Of a stretch of DNA of 64,000 bases, positions 8,872-16,894 are shown piece after piece. This DNA is from Methanoregulaceae archaeon (GTDB lineage Bacteria; Armatimonadota; Fimbriimonadia; Fimbriimonadales; Fimbriimonadaceae): positions 5,759 to 69,758 of the forward strand of contig JADZEW010000010.1 in the NCBI GenBank assembly GCA_020850325.1, given 5' to 3'. The translations under genes were made by a program, and so were the position numbers. The stretch's first letter is position 1, and the number at the start of each line of letters is the position of its first letter. The notes below the pieces were generated by a model. The model searched no databases. It was given only the letters and a program-made list of their open reading frames with translations, and was not told the DNA's origin.

Positions 8872-9806
8872 CCGATCACGTGCAGGATGTCCGGGGATTC
8901 GATCTCGCCAAAGAGTGCGCGCGGACCTAGCCCAACTACGACCAACCGGCAGGACTTCTTCAGAAGATGCTCCGGGCTGGAACGGGCATTCCATGTATCC
9001 GCGTCGGTGATCATGATGATCGCATCGAAAATCCCCTCCTGCGCGAACGGAACCGAATGATCCACCCAGCCGCCATTCGAGGGCAGTTCGGTTACGGGTG
9101 CGGATAAGGGAAATGATCGATCGGAAAAACCGATGAGGGTCGCTTGAGTCAAGCCCGCCAGCGCGTTGGCTAACTCGGTCGCGACCGCCGCGTGAGCTCC
9201 GTGCATCGACGTTGACGCGTCGATCGCGATCAACGTGCTTCGTTCAGTCGGTTCCAGCCGCTCGGGTTCAGTTGGCTTCACTTTTTCCTCGACGGATGGC
9301 GCATGGCCCTCCCCCGTTGTGATCCACTGGAACAGCTGTTCGTGCTCCGGCGATGGAGCGGCGGGATGAGCCAGTCGCAACAAGTCTCGATGCGACCAGC
9401 CGGCCATTTCGGGGCAAGTGACAATCTCGCGCGACAGTTCATCGACGCTGCGCACGGTGTACCAGCGGCCCACCGCCGTGCGGAGCCCGCGACCCCAACC
9501 TCGCAGCCCGCGACAGGCATCGCAAAAGGCGAACAACTCGGCAGACGTGCTTAGAAACGATGGCATCGCAGCGAGCGCATCGCGGCGGGTTGGGGCGTCG
9601 CCCAACGAAGCCGCCATCGCCAGAGCATAGGCCTGGGCGGACTTCCGACCCTCGCCGAGGATCATCGTCACCGCGTCGGGACCGAGATCGCGGATCGCCG
9701 CCGCCGTGTGGATAGCATCTTCGGGGGCGTAGGTGAACTCGCCAGTTCGGCAGAGGGTCCCTTCCGTGCCGAGCGCGAGGAATCTTTGGAATCGCGTGAT
9801 CTCCAT
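8826..9806 (-). CDS. short Ro60-like protein (TROVE N-terminal half plus small vWA domain)
   Basis: RFQRFLALGTEG, GWGRGLRTAVGRWY and GWSHRDLLRLAHP align with the Ro60 motifs RFLCFGSEGGTYY, WGRALRKAIADWY and GWSHKDLLRLSH (recalled from memory). C-terminal vWA with MIDAS DASTS. ATG 9806 preferred over the track's TTG 9839. Confidence 0.8.
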   Translation of the reverse strand: MEITRFQRFLALGTEGTLCRTGEFTYAPEDAIHTAAAIRDLGPDAVTMILGEGRKSAQAYALAMAASLGDAPTRRDALAAMPSFLSTSAELFAFCDACRGLRGWGRGLRTAVGRWYTVRSVDELSREIVTCPEMAGWSHRDLLRLAHPAAPSPEHEQLFQWITTGEGHAPSVEEKVKPTEPERLEPTERSTLIAIDASTSMHGAHAAVATELANALAGLTQATLIGFSDRSFPLSAPVTELPSNGGWVDHSVPFAQEGIFDAIIMITDADTWNARSSPEHLLKKSCRLVVVGLGPRALFGEIESPDILHVIGYDGSVPALVRAFIA

Positions 9807-10363
9807 GAGCGGATGGCAGAAGCAAAGAGGGTCCGCCAAGGCTAGGCAAGGTCTCGGCCTTCCGGCGTTTTCATCTGTTGCCCTGAGTAACCAGATGATA
9901 GCGCGTTCACAGCGTTCGGCCCCACCTCGGCGGACCGGGGAAGGTGTTAGACAGCTCTGTCTACGACGGGGAGTGGCGCATCCTCAAAACGCGGGACGCG
10001 ACGACGGGTCAAAGGAGAAGCGAACTTCTCAACGACGATCTTTCAAGTGGGGCGCCATGACGGCGCAAAGAGCGACGTCGGGCCCTAGAGGACGGGCTTC
10101 ATGTTCGCTGAGATAGTAGCCCATCGGCGCGGTGAATGTCAACCGATGGGTCCTTGGTCCGGGTTGCTCAGAACTTGGGGATCCCCAAGTCGGCGTTGTG
10201 ATGGATGACACGCGCCCAAAGTCGTAGCGACGGGATGATACGTGCCCGTCGGCGAACTATTACTGGACTGGACCAGCGGCACGTATCATCCGCTGGCTAC
10301 GAGAGCTTCAGGCGATGTGCATTTCGGCTACCACCACGGCTCGAGCGGCCACTTCCTCACGCG
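9807..10363. other. ~550-nt non-coding, densely structured intergenic region upstream of the Ro-like gene
   Basis: No credible ORF. At least 10 perfect stems: 9871-77/9892-98, 9948-54/9957-63, 10015-20/10025-30, 10052-56/10062-66, 10094-98/10118-22, 10120-27/10143-50, 18-nt palindrome 10173-10190, 10228-34/10245-51, 14-bp stem 10233-46/10278-91, and 10273-79/10290-96. Confidence 0.7.
10152..10277 (+). ncRNA. candidate Y-RNA-like ncRNA (closing helix UUGGUCCGG / CUGGACCAG)
   Basis: A 9-bp helix (10154-10162 with 10268-10276, 2 G-U pairs on the + strand) encloses two hairpins. The 5' arm UGGUCCG matches the conserved Y RNA 5' core. Adjacent to the TROVE gene. Strand and ends are unverified. 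Confidence 0.25.
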
Positions 10364-11587
10364 TCACCACTTTGGGAGAGGCTTGCCCACCGACAGATAC
10401 TCAAAGCGCCGCTCGCTTGAAGCCACGACGTTCCCCGCGCGGTCCAGATTCTCGGTCGTCAACGAGTGGATGAGATGGGTGTCGCGGCGGATGATCGCGG
10501 TAATGCGTATTCCCGACGAGCGCAACTCCAGAATCGAGCCGCGCATCTTGCCGACGGTGATCTCTCCGCGCACCCGAGCCTGCAGGTCGGGCTTCCACAT
10601 TGTCGAGAGCGGGTTGCGCCCCTGCAGCCAGCGATGGAGCATCGGCTCGATCTCCAGTCCTTGCTGGGCGAGCGCGGTCTCCACCTCGCGGAGCTTGGCC
10701 TTGCGGGACTGCGGCGCCGAGCCCCGCTTGGTGTATCGCAGCGTGCCGCCCGACCACTTCCACTCGCCACGCGCATTGATCTGCCGCGCCGCGCCATCGT
10801 TCAGCCAAACCTGAGTCACTCCCGAGCTGTCGGTGACTCGGTAGTTCGCGTAGCGCAGCCGACCGTGGGCGGCAAACGTCGCATTCAGCAAGTTGCTTGT
10901 GGCCGAATCGGTGGCCTTCGGATACGGCGGCGACTCGTAGAACTCGCTGACGCGACGGTAGTTGGACGGTACCGCGAACGACCCCGGCGAAGAGCTCCAC
11001 TTTGAGTACGTCCATCGCAATCCCGCTGCGCCGCTGCGGATCGCCACGGCAGCCAGCCGGCCGGTGGACTTGGAGAAGGTGATCTCGAACCGACCGGTTG
11101 GGGTGGTAGCGATCGCCTGACGGTTATCGCCGCGCTCGGTGATCTTCCAACCCCGTAGCTCACGCAGCGGACTGAGGAAGAGATCAAGCCCGACCGAGTC
11201 GGCAGCGATGCGGATGGGCTCGTCGAGCGCGATCGCTGACTGGAATCGCTCGGTCAAGGTGCCCTTGGCGACCACCTTGCGCTGCAGCATCTGGTGCGTA
11301 AGGTGATCGATGCCGTAAAGGGTGCCCCCGTTGAGAACGAACGACTGATCGACCGGGCCGGACTTTGCAGTCGGCACCATGCGCGCTCGATACCGCAGCC
11401 GATCCGAGCGGCGATAGCCCACTTCATAGGTGCCGCTGCGGTTTTGCTCGGTGCCGGTGGAACTGAAGGCGACCGAAAACGCTCCCGAGGTCGCTCGCTT
11501 GTGAACGGCCAGGCACCGATCCGCAAGTTGGTCGAAGGTGACCGCCGGAGCGGCAACCATAAGGATTCCCAAAGAGAGCATGGTCAT
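10364..11587 (-). CDS. secreted protein with two LolA-like (lipoprotein-carrier-fold-like) halves, coupled to ABC importer
   Basis: Signal peptide MTMLSLGILMVAAPA. Both halves show a LolA-like sequence pattern (pattern-level inference). ATG overlaps the permease stop (ATGA at 11584-11587). Confidence 0.6.
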   Translation of the reverse strand: MTMLSLGILMVAAPAVTFDQLADRCLAVHKRATSGAFSVAFSSTGTEQNRSGTYEVGYRRSDRLRYRARMVPTAKSGPVDQSFVLNGGTLYGIDHLTHQMLQRKVVAKGTLTERFQSAIALDEPIRIAADSVGLDLFLSPLRELRGWKITERGDNRQAIATTPTGRFEITFSKSTGRLAAVAIRSGAAGLRWTYSKWSSSPGSFAVPSNYRRVSEFYESPPYPKATDSATSNLLNATFAAHGRLRYANYRVTDSSGVTQVWLNDGAARQINARGEWKWSGGTLRYTKRGSAPQSRKAKLREVETALAQQGLEIEPMLHRWLQGRNPLSTMWKPDLQARVRGEITVGKMRGSILELRSSGIRITAIIRRDTHLIHSLTTENLDRAGNVVASSERRFEYLSVGKPLPKW

Positions 11588-12432
11588 GGCTTACCCAATC
11601 CGGCGGGTGTCCGGTTCCGCCCCAGCAGTCCCGCCAGAGCGACCAGCGTGGCGATGTACGGCAGGCACAGCCACAGTTCGCGCGGGGCGGAGATGCCCAG
11701 CACCTGCGTGCCTTGAAGCTGAATCTGGAGCTGGTAGAAGAATCCAAAGGCGATGCAGGCAGCAAGCGTGGGCAGCGGGCGCCACCCTCCCAGGATCAAC
11801 GCGGCGAGCGCGATAAAGCCGCGCCCTGCGGTCATGTTGTCGACGTAACTGCCCGCGTTGCTGACGATCAGCGCACCCGCCAGTCCGCACAGCACCCCGG
11901 TCGCGATCAACGCCATGAGTCGAGTCCGCTGGGGAAACACCCCCATTTGCCGCGCCTTTTCCGGATCGCTCCCCACCGCGAGCAACCGCAATCCACCTCG
12001 CGTGTGGCGAACGTACAGCCAGACGAGGAACGGCAACACCAAGGCGAAGACCCAGAAGGCCATCAGCGGCAGCTTCGGGAATCCGGCCTGGTCGGGGTCG
12101 GTGAATCGCTTGTCGAGGAAGTTCGCCGCGCCGAAGGCGATTGCATTGATGGCCATTCCGCTGACGATGGGGTCAAGGCTGTATCGTTGAGTCAGCAGCC
12201 AATGGAACATGCTGAAGAGAATCGACGCACCGATGCCCGCCGCGACCCCGATCACCGGCTGGCCAGTCGCAATGGTCACCAGCCAAACCGTAATCGTCGC
12301 AATAAGCATCTTGCCCTCGAGCGCGATGTTGATCACGCCGCTACGCTCGCTGAAGTAGCCGCCGATCGCCGCCAGAATGAGCGGCGTACCGAGGATGACC
12401 GTGCCTTCGAGGAGCAGTCGGAGATCGTTCAT
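11584..12432 (-). CDS. ABC transporter permease (BPD_transp_2; CUT2/BMP nucleoside-sugar type, second permease)
   Basis: 282 aa, multi-TM, similar to YufQ/NupQ-type permeases. ATGA overlaps at both ends. Confidence 0.85.
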   Translation of the reverse strand: MNDLRLLLEGTVILGTPLILAAIGGYFSERSGVINIALEGKMLIATITVWLVTIATGQPVIGVAAGIGASILFSMFHWLLTQRYSLDPIVSGMAINAIAFGAANFLDKRFTDPDQAGFPKLPLMAFWVFALVLPFLVWLYVRHTRGGLRLLAVGSDPEKARQMGVFPQRTRLMALIATGVLCGLAGALIVSNAGSYVDNMTAGRGFIALAALILGGWRPLPTLAACIAFGFFYQLQIQLQGTQVLGISAPRELWLCLPYIATLVALAGLLGRNRTPAGLGKP

Positions 12433-13418
12433 GACTCCTTCACCGGCACCTTGCGATAGCGGATCGCGGCAAAGATCACAATAAGCAGCCCGAGGATAAC
12501 AAAGCTGATTCCCTTAGGAACCCCGTTCATCACCTGGATGGTCGTCGACCCCTTGGCCAGGATCGCAAAGAGCGCGGCAGACGGGAAGAGGATCAGCGGA
12601 TTGCTCCCCGCGAGCAACGCCACGCCGAGGGCATCGAATCCATATCCAGAAGAGAACCCGGCGAAGAACCTGCCCTCGTAAGCCACGACCTGCAGGGCAC
12701 CAGCAATTCCCCCTATTGCCCCGGAGATCGCCATCGCTCGGATCGTGACCTTGGGGGCATCGATCCCGGCGAGCGTCGCCGCTTTGGGGTTAGCCCCGGC
12801 GGCCTGGAGTTCGTAGCCAGGAACGGTGCGCCCCAGCCAACGCCAAATGCCGATCACGAAAAGCACCGCCACGAGGAGGGCAGCGGAAATGCGGGGATCC
12901 TGCCAAATCGCGGGGAGCATCAGCGCCGGATCGATCGAGGCGGTCGTCGTGCCTTGCTGGTTGGGATCTTTAAATGGCCCCGCAACGGCGGCGGTGGAAA
13001 GCTGCCCGGCGATGTTGTTCAGCATGATTGTGCTGATCACCTCGTGCCCGCCGCGCATCGCCTTGATCCACCCGGCGGGGTACGCCCATAGCGCCCCCGC
13101 CACAGCCGCGGCCAGAATGCCGACGATCAGCCCCAACCACCCGGGCATCCGGAGAGCAACCACCGCGCACACGAACGCCCCCACGGTGAACTGGCCCTCG
13201 ACCCCGATGTTGAACAGCCCCGCACGGAGCGCAAAGAACACCGCCACCCCCGCGATGAGCAATGGAGTGAAGTGCTTCATCGTGCCCTCGAGCGCCTTGG
13301 CGGAGCCGAGCGAACCTTGGATCAGCGACTGAGCGGTGTCCGCGGGAGCCGCCCCGGCAACCACCAGAGCTCCATAAACGAGGCCAACCGCGATGGCGAG
13401 CAACGCCCAAATCTTCAA
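12429..13418 (-). CDS. ABC transporter permease (BPD_transp_2; CUT2/BMP type, first permease)
   Basis: 329 aa, multi-TM, YufP/NupP-like. TTG start overlaps the ATPase stop (TTGA at 13415-13418). Confidence 0.85.
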   Translation of the reverse strand: MKIWALLAIAVGLVYGALVVAGAAPADTAQSLIQGSLGSAKALEGTMKHFTPLLIAGVAVFFALRAGLFNIGVEGQFTVGAFVCAVVALRMPGWLGLIVGILAAAVAGALWAYPAGWIKAMRGGHEVISTIMLNNIAGQLSTAAVAGPFKDPNQQGTTTASIDPALMLPAIWQDPRISAALLVAVLFVIGIWRWLGRTVPGYELQAAGANPKAATLAGIDAPKVTIRAMAISGAIGGIAGALQVVAYEGRFFAGFSSGYGFDALGVALLAGSNPLILFPSAALFAILAKGSTTIQVMNGVPKGISFVILGLLIVIFAAIRYRKVPVKES

Positions 13419-14908
13419 GAGGCGACTCCCACCATGTGGCGGCCGATGACCGCCCGGTCGCGGCTGTTCGGCTGGGTGACCACGCCCCCGTTCATCACGA
13501 TAATCCGGTCACAAAACTGCAGAAGCTCGTCGAGGTCGAAGCTAACCACGAGCGCGCCCGCCCCCTTCTCGCACTCCTCATAGATTCCGTCGTACACGTG
13601 GCGGGTGGCGTCGATATCGAGGCCCCGTGCGGGCTGAAACGCGAGGATCAGACGCGGGGTGAGGAACAACGCGCGCCCGGCGACGAACCGCTGCTGGTTG
13701 CCTCCCGACAGGCTGGACATCGGTTGGCGGATGCCCCCATGCTTCGTGTTGAACCGACGGGCCATCTCGTTCGCGGCTTGGTGGCGGGCCTCGTCATTGA
13801 CGATGGTGCCGACCGCTAGGGGTGGGAACCGCTGTAGGCCCAGGGCGGCGTTGAGTTCAAGCGACCACTCTTCGATGACGCCCTCTTCGTGCCGGTCCTC
13901 CGGAATCAGCCGCAGGCCCATCCGCAACCGCTCGGCGATCGAATGCTCATGGAGCGACCAGTTGCCGAGAATGATCTCGCCATGCCTCAGCTTGGACGTG
14001 CCCATGAGCGCCTGAAACAGCTCGCGCTGGCCGCTACCATCGACCCCGGCGATGCCGACAACCTCACCCTTGTGAAGGGCGAACGTGGCCGACTTGACCG
14101 CGTCGTCTCCGCGATGCCCGGCGACGGTCAGGTTCACGACCCGAAGCAAATCCTCGGCGTTGTCTGGCACCGACCGAACGCTGGGCGCGGGCATCGCGTG
14201 GCCGACGATCAGCTCGGCGAGTTCGGCGGGGTTGGTCTCCGCGACCGGCTTGGCGGTGATGAACTTGCCACCGCGGAGCACGGTCACGTCTCGGCAGTGC
14301 TGCATCACTTCGGGCAACCGGTGGGTGACGACGATGACCGTCGCGCCGTCCGCGACGAGTTGCTTCAGGCTGCCGTAGAGCGCATCGCTGTCGGCGGGCG
14401 AAAGCATCGCCGTCGGCTCGTCGAGAATCATGATCTCGGCCTTCCGCCACAGGAGCTTTAGGATCTCGAGCTTCTGCGCGCCAGCGGGACTGAGCGTGGA
14501 GGCTTCCGCCGACCAATCGAACTCAAACCCCATCCGCTGCGCCAGTTCGGTGGCCCTCTGCTCGGCGACACGTTTGTCGATGGTCCAGCCCGGCTCGGCA
14601 CCGAGCATCAGGTTGTCGAGACAGCTGAGGTCGGGGATGATGCTGTAATGCTGGCTGACCATACCGATCCCTGCTCGGATCGCCCCCGCGGAGTTGCGGA
14701 ACTTCGCCGGCTGGCCCTTGACTTCGAAGGTCCCGTCGGTGGCGTGGATCGCCCCGTACAGAATGCGCATGAGCGTGGTCTTGCCCGCCCCATTCTCGCC
14801 CACCAACGCATGGATCGTCCCCGCCTCGACTTCGAGGTGGACCTCGTCGAGGGCACGTACCGCGCCGAACGACTTGCCGATGCCGCGCATCCGCACGGCG
14901 AGATTCAT
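13415..14908 (-). CDS. ABC transporter ATP-binding protein with duplicated NBD (CUT2 type)
   Basis: Start MNLAVRMRGIGKSFG at 14908 (ATGA overlap with the upstream gene). Walker A GENGAGKTT, signature LSPAGAQKLEI, second NBD with LSGGNQQRF. The track ORF to 15226 is over-extended. Confidence 0.9.
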   Translation of the reverse strand: MNLAVRMRGIGKSFGAVRALDEVHLEVEAGTIHALVGENGAGKTTLMRILYGAIHATDGTFEVKGQPAKFRNSAGAIRAGIGMVSQHYSIIPDLSCLDNLMLGAEPGWTIDKRVAEQRATELAQRMGFEFDWSAEASTLSPAGAQKLEILKLLWRKAEIMILDEPTAMLSPADSDALYGSLKQLVADGATVIVVTHRLPEVMQHCRDVTVLRGGKFITAKPVAETNPAELAELIVGHAMPAPSVRSVPDNAEDLLRVVNLTVAGHRGDDAVKSATFALHKGEVVGIAGVDGSGQRELFQALMGTSKLRHGEIILGNWSLHEHSIAERLRMGLRLIPEDRHEEGVIEEWSLELNAALGLQRFPPLAVGTIVNDEARHQAANEMARRFNTKHGGIRQPMSSLSGGNQQRFVAGRALFLTPRLILAFQPARGLDIDATRHVYDGIYEECEKGAGALVVSFDLDELLQFCDRIIVMNGGVVTQPNSRDRAVIGRHMVGVAS

Positions 14909-15771
14909 CCGGCGGACTTCCTCCGAAGCACCTCGAAAAGCGCAGCCGTGGTCCATTCGCCGTGGCCCTCGGCATCGAGTTCGGCGAGCAGCTGATCCAC
15001 AACCTCGGTTCCCGGAAGCACCGCTCCGACCGTCTCCGCCGCCTCGAAGCAGTAGCCAAAATCCTTGCGCTGGTTCTTCACCGAGAATCCGGGCGACCAA
15101 TCCTTGGCGATGATTTTGGGGCCGTAGTTGTCGAACGCCCAGCTTCCCGCCGCGCCACCCGCGAGGAGTTCTCTCGTTTGGGCGAGATCCAGTCCCGCCG
15201 CTTCGGCAAACGCGAGCGACTCGCAAAGCGCCATCAATGCGCCGCCGACCGCGATCTGATTGGCCATCTTCATCATCTGGCCCGCGCCGGCCTCGCCGAC
15301 GAACTCGGGGCGCTTCGCATAGGCCCGCAAGAATGGAAGCGCACGGTCGTAATCCTCATGGCGACCGCCGCAGAAGATGGTCAGCGTGCCCTTCTGGGCG
15401 CCCATGCTGCCGCCGGTGATCGGGGCGTCGAGGAAGCTGAAGCCTAGGCTGGTGAGGTCCGCGTGGATCTCCCGTGCCCCCGCTGGCGAGATCGTGGAGT
15501 GATCGACGAAAAGCGTGCCCGGCTTCGCGTGCGGAGTCATGGCGGCGATGCACGCTGCGACATCCTCCGTCCGATTGACGCACAGCATGACGACATCGCA
15601 CTCACGGCCCATTTCAGCGAGATCCTCGGCCAGATGGGCTCCCTGCTCGCGAACCGGGTCAGCTTTCTCGGGCGTGCGATTCCAGACCACGACATCGAAG
15701 CCGTGCCGCACGAGGTGTCCCGCCATCGGCGCACCCATCGTTCCCAACCCCACAAACCCCACCCGACTCAT
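14905..15771 (-). CDS. beta-hydroxyacid dehydrogenase family oxidoreductase (3-hydroxyisobutyrate/tartronate-semialdehyde reductase-like)
   Basis: Start MSRVGFVGLGTMGAPMAGHL (Rossmann GxGxxG) at 15771. HIBADH-family C-terminal domain. Confidence 0.85.
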   Translation of the reverse strand: MSRVGFVGLGTMGAPMAGHLVRHGFDVVVWNRTPEKADPVREQGAHLAEDLAEMGRECDVVMLCVNRTEDVAACIAAMTPHAKPGTLFVDHSTISPAGAREIHADLTSLGFSFLDAPITGGSMGAQKGTLTIFCGGRHEDYDRALPFLRAYAKRPEFVGEAGAGQMMKMANQIAVGGALMALCESLAFAEAAGLDLAQTRELLAGGAAGSWAFDNYGPKIIAKDWSPGFSVKNQRKDFGYCFEAAETVGAVLPGTEVVDQLLAELDAEGHGEWTTAALFEVLRRKSAG

Positions 15772-15824
15772 CGCCGGTGAGATTACCCGTGGGTTCGATT
15801 CCGGTTCGGCGGTAACCTCCCGCC

Positions 15825-16814
15825 ATGGCCCACCGATTTGCCCCCGAGGACTTCCCCGCCGAGCCCCTGCGAGGCCTTCGAGTCGCCGTGCTGGGATACG
15901 GAAATCAGGGCCGCGCGCAAGCGCTGAACTTGCGCGATTCGGGGGTCGATGTGATGATCGGCCAGCGCGAGGGAGGTTCCGCCGACCGGGCACGCGCCGA
16001 CGGGTTTGCCGTCCACTCGGTCGCCGACGCAGTAACGGCGTCCGACGTGATGATGCTGACCCTGCCCGATGAACGGATGGGGGAGGTCTTCGCCGCTGAC
16101 ATCGCGCCCCACCTCAGAGCCGGACAAGCCCTGTTGTTCAGCCACGGCTTCGCGATCCGATTTGGACTCATCCAACCCCCCGCAAATGTCGACGTCGCTT
16201 TGGTGTCGCCGAAGGGGCAGGCCAGAGGGGTGCGCGAGCGGTACCTCGCGGGTTCCGGAGTGCCCGGGTTAGTCGGCGTCCATCAAGACGCCACCGGGCA
16301 AGCTTTGGAGATCGCGCTCGGCTACGCCGCCGCGTGCGGCTACGCGCGGTCGCTGGTGCTAGAGACCACCTTCGCCGAAGAAACGGAGACCGACCTCTTT
16401 GGCGAGCAGGCGGTGCTGTGCGGTGGGATCATCGAGCTGATCAAGGCGGGTTACGACACGCTGGTCGAAGCTGGCTACCAGCGTGAGATGGCGTACTTTG
16501 AGTGCGTCCACGAGACGAAGCTGATCATCGACCTTCTGGTGGAGCGAGGGCTCGCCGATATGCGCCGCGCGATCAGCGACACCGCCGAGTGGGGCGGCTA
16601 CCTGGCGGGTCCGCGGTTGGTGGATGAAGGCACCCGAGAGGAGATGCGCCAGCTGCTGGCCGCGATCCGAGACGGGTCCTTCGCGGCGGGATGGGTTTCC
16701 GAGGCCGAGCAGGGAAAGCCGACGCTCCACGGATTTCGAGATGCGGAAACGCGGTCGGGGTTGGAAGCGGTTGGTGCGGATTTGAGAACGGAGATGGAAC
16801 CGCGGTTCCGATGA
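15825..16814 (+). CDS. ilvC: ketol-acid reductoisomerase
   Basis: 329 aa class I KARI (VAVLGYGNQGRAQALNLRDSG, FSHGF, LFGEQAVLCGG). Confidence 0.95.
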   Translation: MAHRFAPEDFPAEPLRGLRVAVLGYGNQGRAQALNLRDSGVDVMIGQREGGSADRARADGFAVHSVADAVTASDVMMLTLPDERMGEVFAADIAPHLRAGQALLFSHGFAIRFGLIQPPANVDVALVSPKGQARGVRERYLAGSGVPGLVGVHQDATGQALEIALGYAAACGYARSLVLETTFAEETETDLFGEQAVLCGGIIELIKAGYDTLVEAGYQREMAYFECVHETKLIIDLLVERGLADMRRAISDTAEWGGYLAGPRLVDEGTREEMRQLLAAIRDGSFAAGWVSEAEQGKPTLHGFRDAETRSGLEAVGADLRTEMEPRFR

Positions 16815-16817
16815 CCC

Positions 16818-16894
16818 GGGAGGGCGCTGCTCCGTCAGCGCCAAGCAACACCAGATCGCGCCAGCAGTAGGCGGCGACAAAGCGCCGCCCTCCC
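16818..16894 (+). terminator. GC-rich alternative hairpins downstream of ilvC
   Basis: 7-bp stem 16870-76/16883-89 (loop acaaag) competes with the 9-bp long-range pair gggagggcg (16818-26) / cgccctccc (16886-94). No T-tract follows. Confidence 0.3.

Noticed and set aside
9807-10363. tmRNA, RNase P RNA, SRP RNA or a tRNA in the structured spacer
   Set aside because: I looked for a T-loop (GGTTCGAnnCC-like) with a 3' ACCA acceptor end, the RNase P GGAAAGUCCGG box, and an alanine-rich tag ORF. The only CCACCA (about 10333-10338) has no preceding T-arm or complementary 5' acceptor strand. The GGGGCCGA on the minus strand runs into the Ro-like CDS. No match was convincing.
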